The notes below the pieces were generated by a model. It was not told where the DNA came from. It did not search any database and worked only from the letters and a program-made list of their open reading frames with translations. A stretch of DNA of 64,000 nucleotides, taken from Chiloscyllium plagiosum. Taxonomy: Eukaryota. Positions 61,550 to 64,000 of this stretch are shown here, piece after piece (positions within the stretch are counted from its first letter, which is position 1; every line of letters starts with the position of its first letter). The DNA lies in the NCBI RefSeq assembly GCF_004010195.1, contig NC_057752.1, positions 13,101,357-13,165,356 of the forward strand, given 5' to 3'. Made by a program: the position numbers and the translations under genes.

Positions 61550-62305
61550 AATATTCATTTTAGAAGCAAAAACAAGGCAGCAGATTACTACCTGAATGGG
61601 TGTACATTGGGAGAGGGGTGCATGCATTGGGATCTGGGTGTCCGTATGCACCAGGCGCTGGAAGGTAGGCATGCAGGTGCAGCCGGCAGTAAAGGCGGCC
61701 AATGGGATGGTGACTTTCATTGCCAGAGATTTAGAGTACAGCAGCAAAGATGCATTATCACAGTCATACAGGGCCTAGAATATTGTGCACAGTTTTGGTC
61801 TCCTGTTCTGAGAAAGGATGCCTCTTGGTCTCCAGGGAGTGCAGTGAAGGTTGCCCAGGCTGACTCCAGGGATGGTGGGACTGATGTATGTGGAGAGATT
61901 GTCTAGGTTAGGATTGTTTGCACTGGAGGAGTTCAGATGAATGAGCAGGGATCTCAGACTTAAAATTCTAACAGTACTAGACCAGGTAGCTGCAGGGAGG
62001 ATGTTCCTGATGGTGAGTGTGTCCAGAACCAGGGGTCACAGTCTGAGGATTCAGGGTAGACCATTTAGGACAGAGATGAGGAGACATTTCTTCAGCCAAA
62101 GAGTGGGGAGCCTGTGGAATTCATTGATGCCAAAACATTGAACGCATTCAAGAGGTAGCTAGATTTAGGACTTGGGGTGAATGGGGTCAAAGGTTATGGG
62201 GAGAAAGCAGGATTAGGCTATTGAGTTGGACAATCAGCCCTGATCGTGATGAATAGCAGAGTAGGCTCGAAGGGCCGAATGGCCTCCTCCTGCTGCTATG
62301 TTTCT
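61550..62305 (+). mobile_element. CR1 LINE 3' fragment
   Basis: LEYCAQFWSP, SRTRGHSLRI..RRHFFSQRVGSLWNSL, tail gggccgaatggcctcctcctgc. Confidence 0.85.
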
Positions 62306-64000
62306 ATTACAGAAAACCAAGCCAACACAAGGCATTAACCACCATCTTTATTGATGGTTCTGAAGACTGCACGTTTACAGCAAAGTGAAATTTCACAGTA
62401 AACATTAAAACTTTCTTATAAAACAAACAGTACAGAACATTAAGACTTATAAAAAAATCACTGAATTTCCATGCTATCAAACTACAATCTGAGTGCTCCC
62501 AAAAATACAATAGCCTTTTAAAACCTATATATTATATTACTAAATTATTGCAGTCAGTAGCGTGGATGAGAGAGTGATATCCATAATAACCTGGGTCATT
62601 GTCAGTCACAATAGCACACCACTGGGGTATACAGAAACTGAATCAGATGCAACTCACGCTCAATGACACTTGAATATTTAGGAACAACTATCATCCAATT
62701 TGACTCTCATAAATGGAGATGAAGGCCTTTAACACAATAAATCAGTTTAAAAAACGTTGGTCCAGTATTGGTCAAAAATGAGAAAAATGGTACATGCCTC
62801 ACGAAGAGCATCATTCCAGTTCAGAGGCACCTTCAGTACTCTCATAACAAAAACCATTATACACCAAAGGCCCAATCAGATCAATCCCATGCTGAAAAGC
62901 AAGCAGACAGTTTACTTACACACAAATGGACCATGCACCATTGCAAGTGATTTAACACTCTACAGTGCTCTTCATCTTTAACAGGTAAATATAGAAGACC
63001 AGCAGGGAAGAGTGCGTAAATGTCATGTTTTTGGTGGTGGTGGTGGTGAAAGCACACACGAGCCTCACTCTTGACAGTTCTCTCTCAATCAGAAACAGTG
63101 CAATAATTTAAAAACAGCCAAGTATTTTCATTCCCCTCTAAGGATCAGCTTTGGGATCTTTCTGGATGGGCAACATATGACGGGTAAAAGACTCCCTCAC
63201 TCTCGAATATCTTCGAACAAATTCTTAAATCAGCAAGTCCAGCTTAAAAAAAAAACTAGAAAGTTCACGAAAAGGAATACATTAAACGTGACCCACCTTG
63301 CCAATTGATTGGAAGTAACCGCTGAACCATGTCAACCTGAAACCTATGATCAGTCCTAACCAGTGACAGAAAACTGCAGTAATATTCATATTGAATTAGA
63401 TTGGGCACTCCGTGAATTCCAAGCCTCCGGTATCACAACAACTTATAAACTTGTTGAAGTCCAGGGGTTAAAAAGAGCGATCAAATATTGACTTGCTTGC
63501 CTATTGTGGCAGGAATGTTCTTGGAACTTAAAACAAACCTTAATCTCACAATATCTGGCCACCAATTAGCAACAGGATGTAAAAAATAGAATTTAAAACG
63601 TATTTAAAATAAAACTGTTGGAATATCATTAATAAACCTTACAAGGTCTTAACTAAGAGACTGGATTAGTGATTAACATTTGGGGTGACATCTTATTGAA
63701 AACCTTTAAGTAGGGAAAACAAACCACTTCACCAACCATAGGAATTTCACCCCTAGCTTCCCTTTCCACAAACTACCTCAGCATTTTCAACTTAACAGGC
63801 TCAGTATTCAGGACGGGAATCAAAAATAAAACCATAGTTGTCACAAATCAACAGCAAATGGTTTAACACCACATCATAAGCAAGCTACATGCAATATTTC
63901 AACAGGACATTTCCTTGAATGGTCCATGGCACTCTGCATTAGTCATTGCTGATTGCTGCTGAACATTAATGAAACACAACCTATTGGCTCAAAGATCTTC

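Overview
Vertebrate genomic DNA, most likely from an elasmobranch (shark). This rests on HE1-like V-SINEs, SacSINE1/Deu-like SINEs and abundant CR1/HER1-type LINEs recognised by eye. The window holds seven in-frame, GT-AG-bounded coding exons (22448-47191, + strand) of a Trio/Kalirin-family RhoGEF best identified as ARHGEF25 (p63RhoGEF/GEFT). They cover the C-terminal half of the DH domain, the PH domain and the Galpha-q-binding ALQSPIEYQRRE helix. Upstream exons and the terminal exon could not be located. Most other sequence is decayed retroelements: CR1 LINEs, several SINE families, Penelope-like elements, a Tx1-like fragment and a pogo/Tigger-like DNA element. There are two assembly gaps. 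Main observations: (1) a fold-back Penelope insertion at 51867-53476 has a 13-bp target-site duplication and a minimal type-I hammerhead ribozyme motif in each arm; (2) several more decayed hammerhead motifs occur elsewhere; (3) three minisatellites each appear to have arisen inside a different retroelement. Repeat family names come from recalled consensus features, not database searches, and repeat boundaries are approximate.
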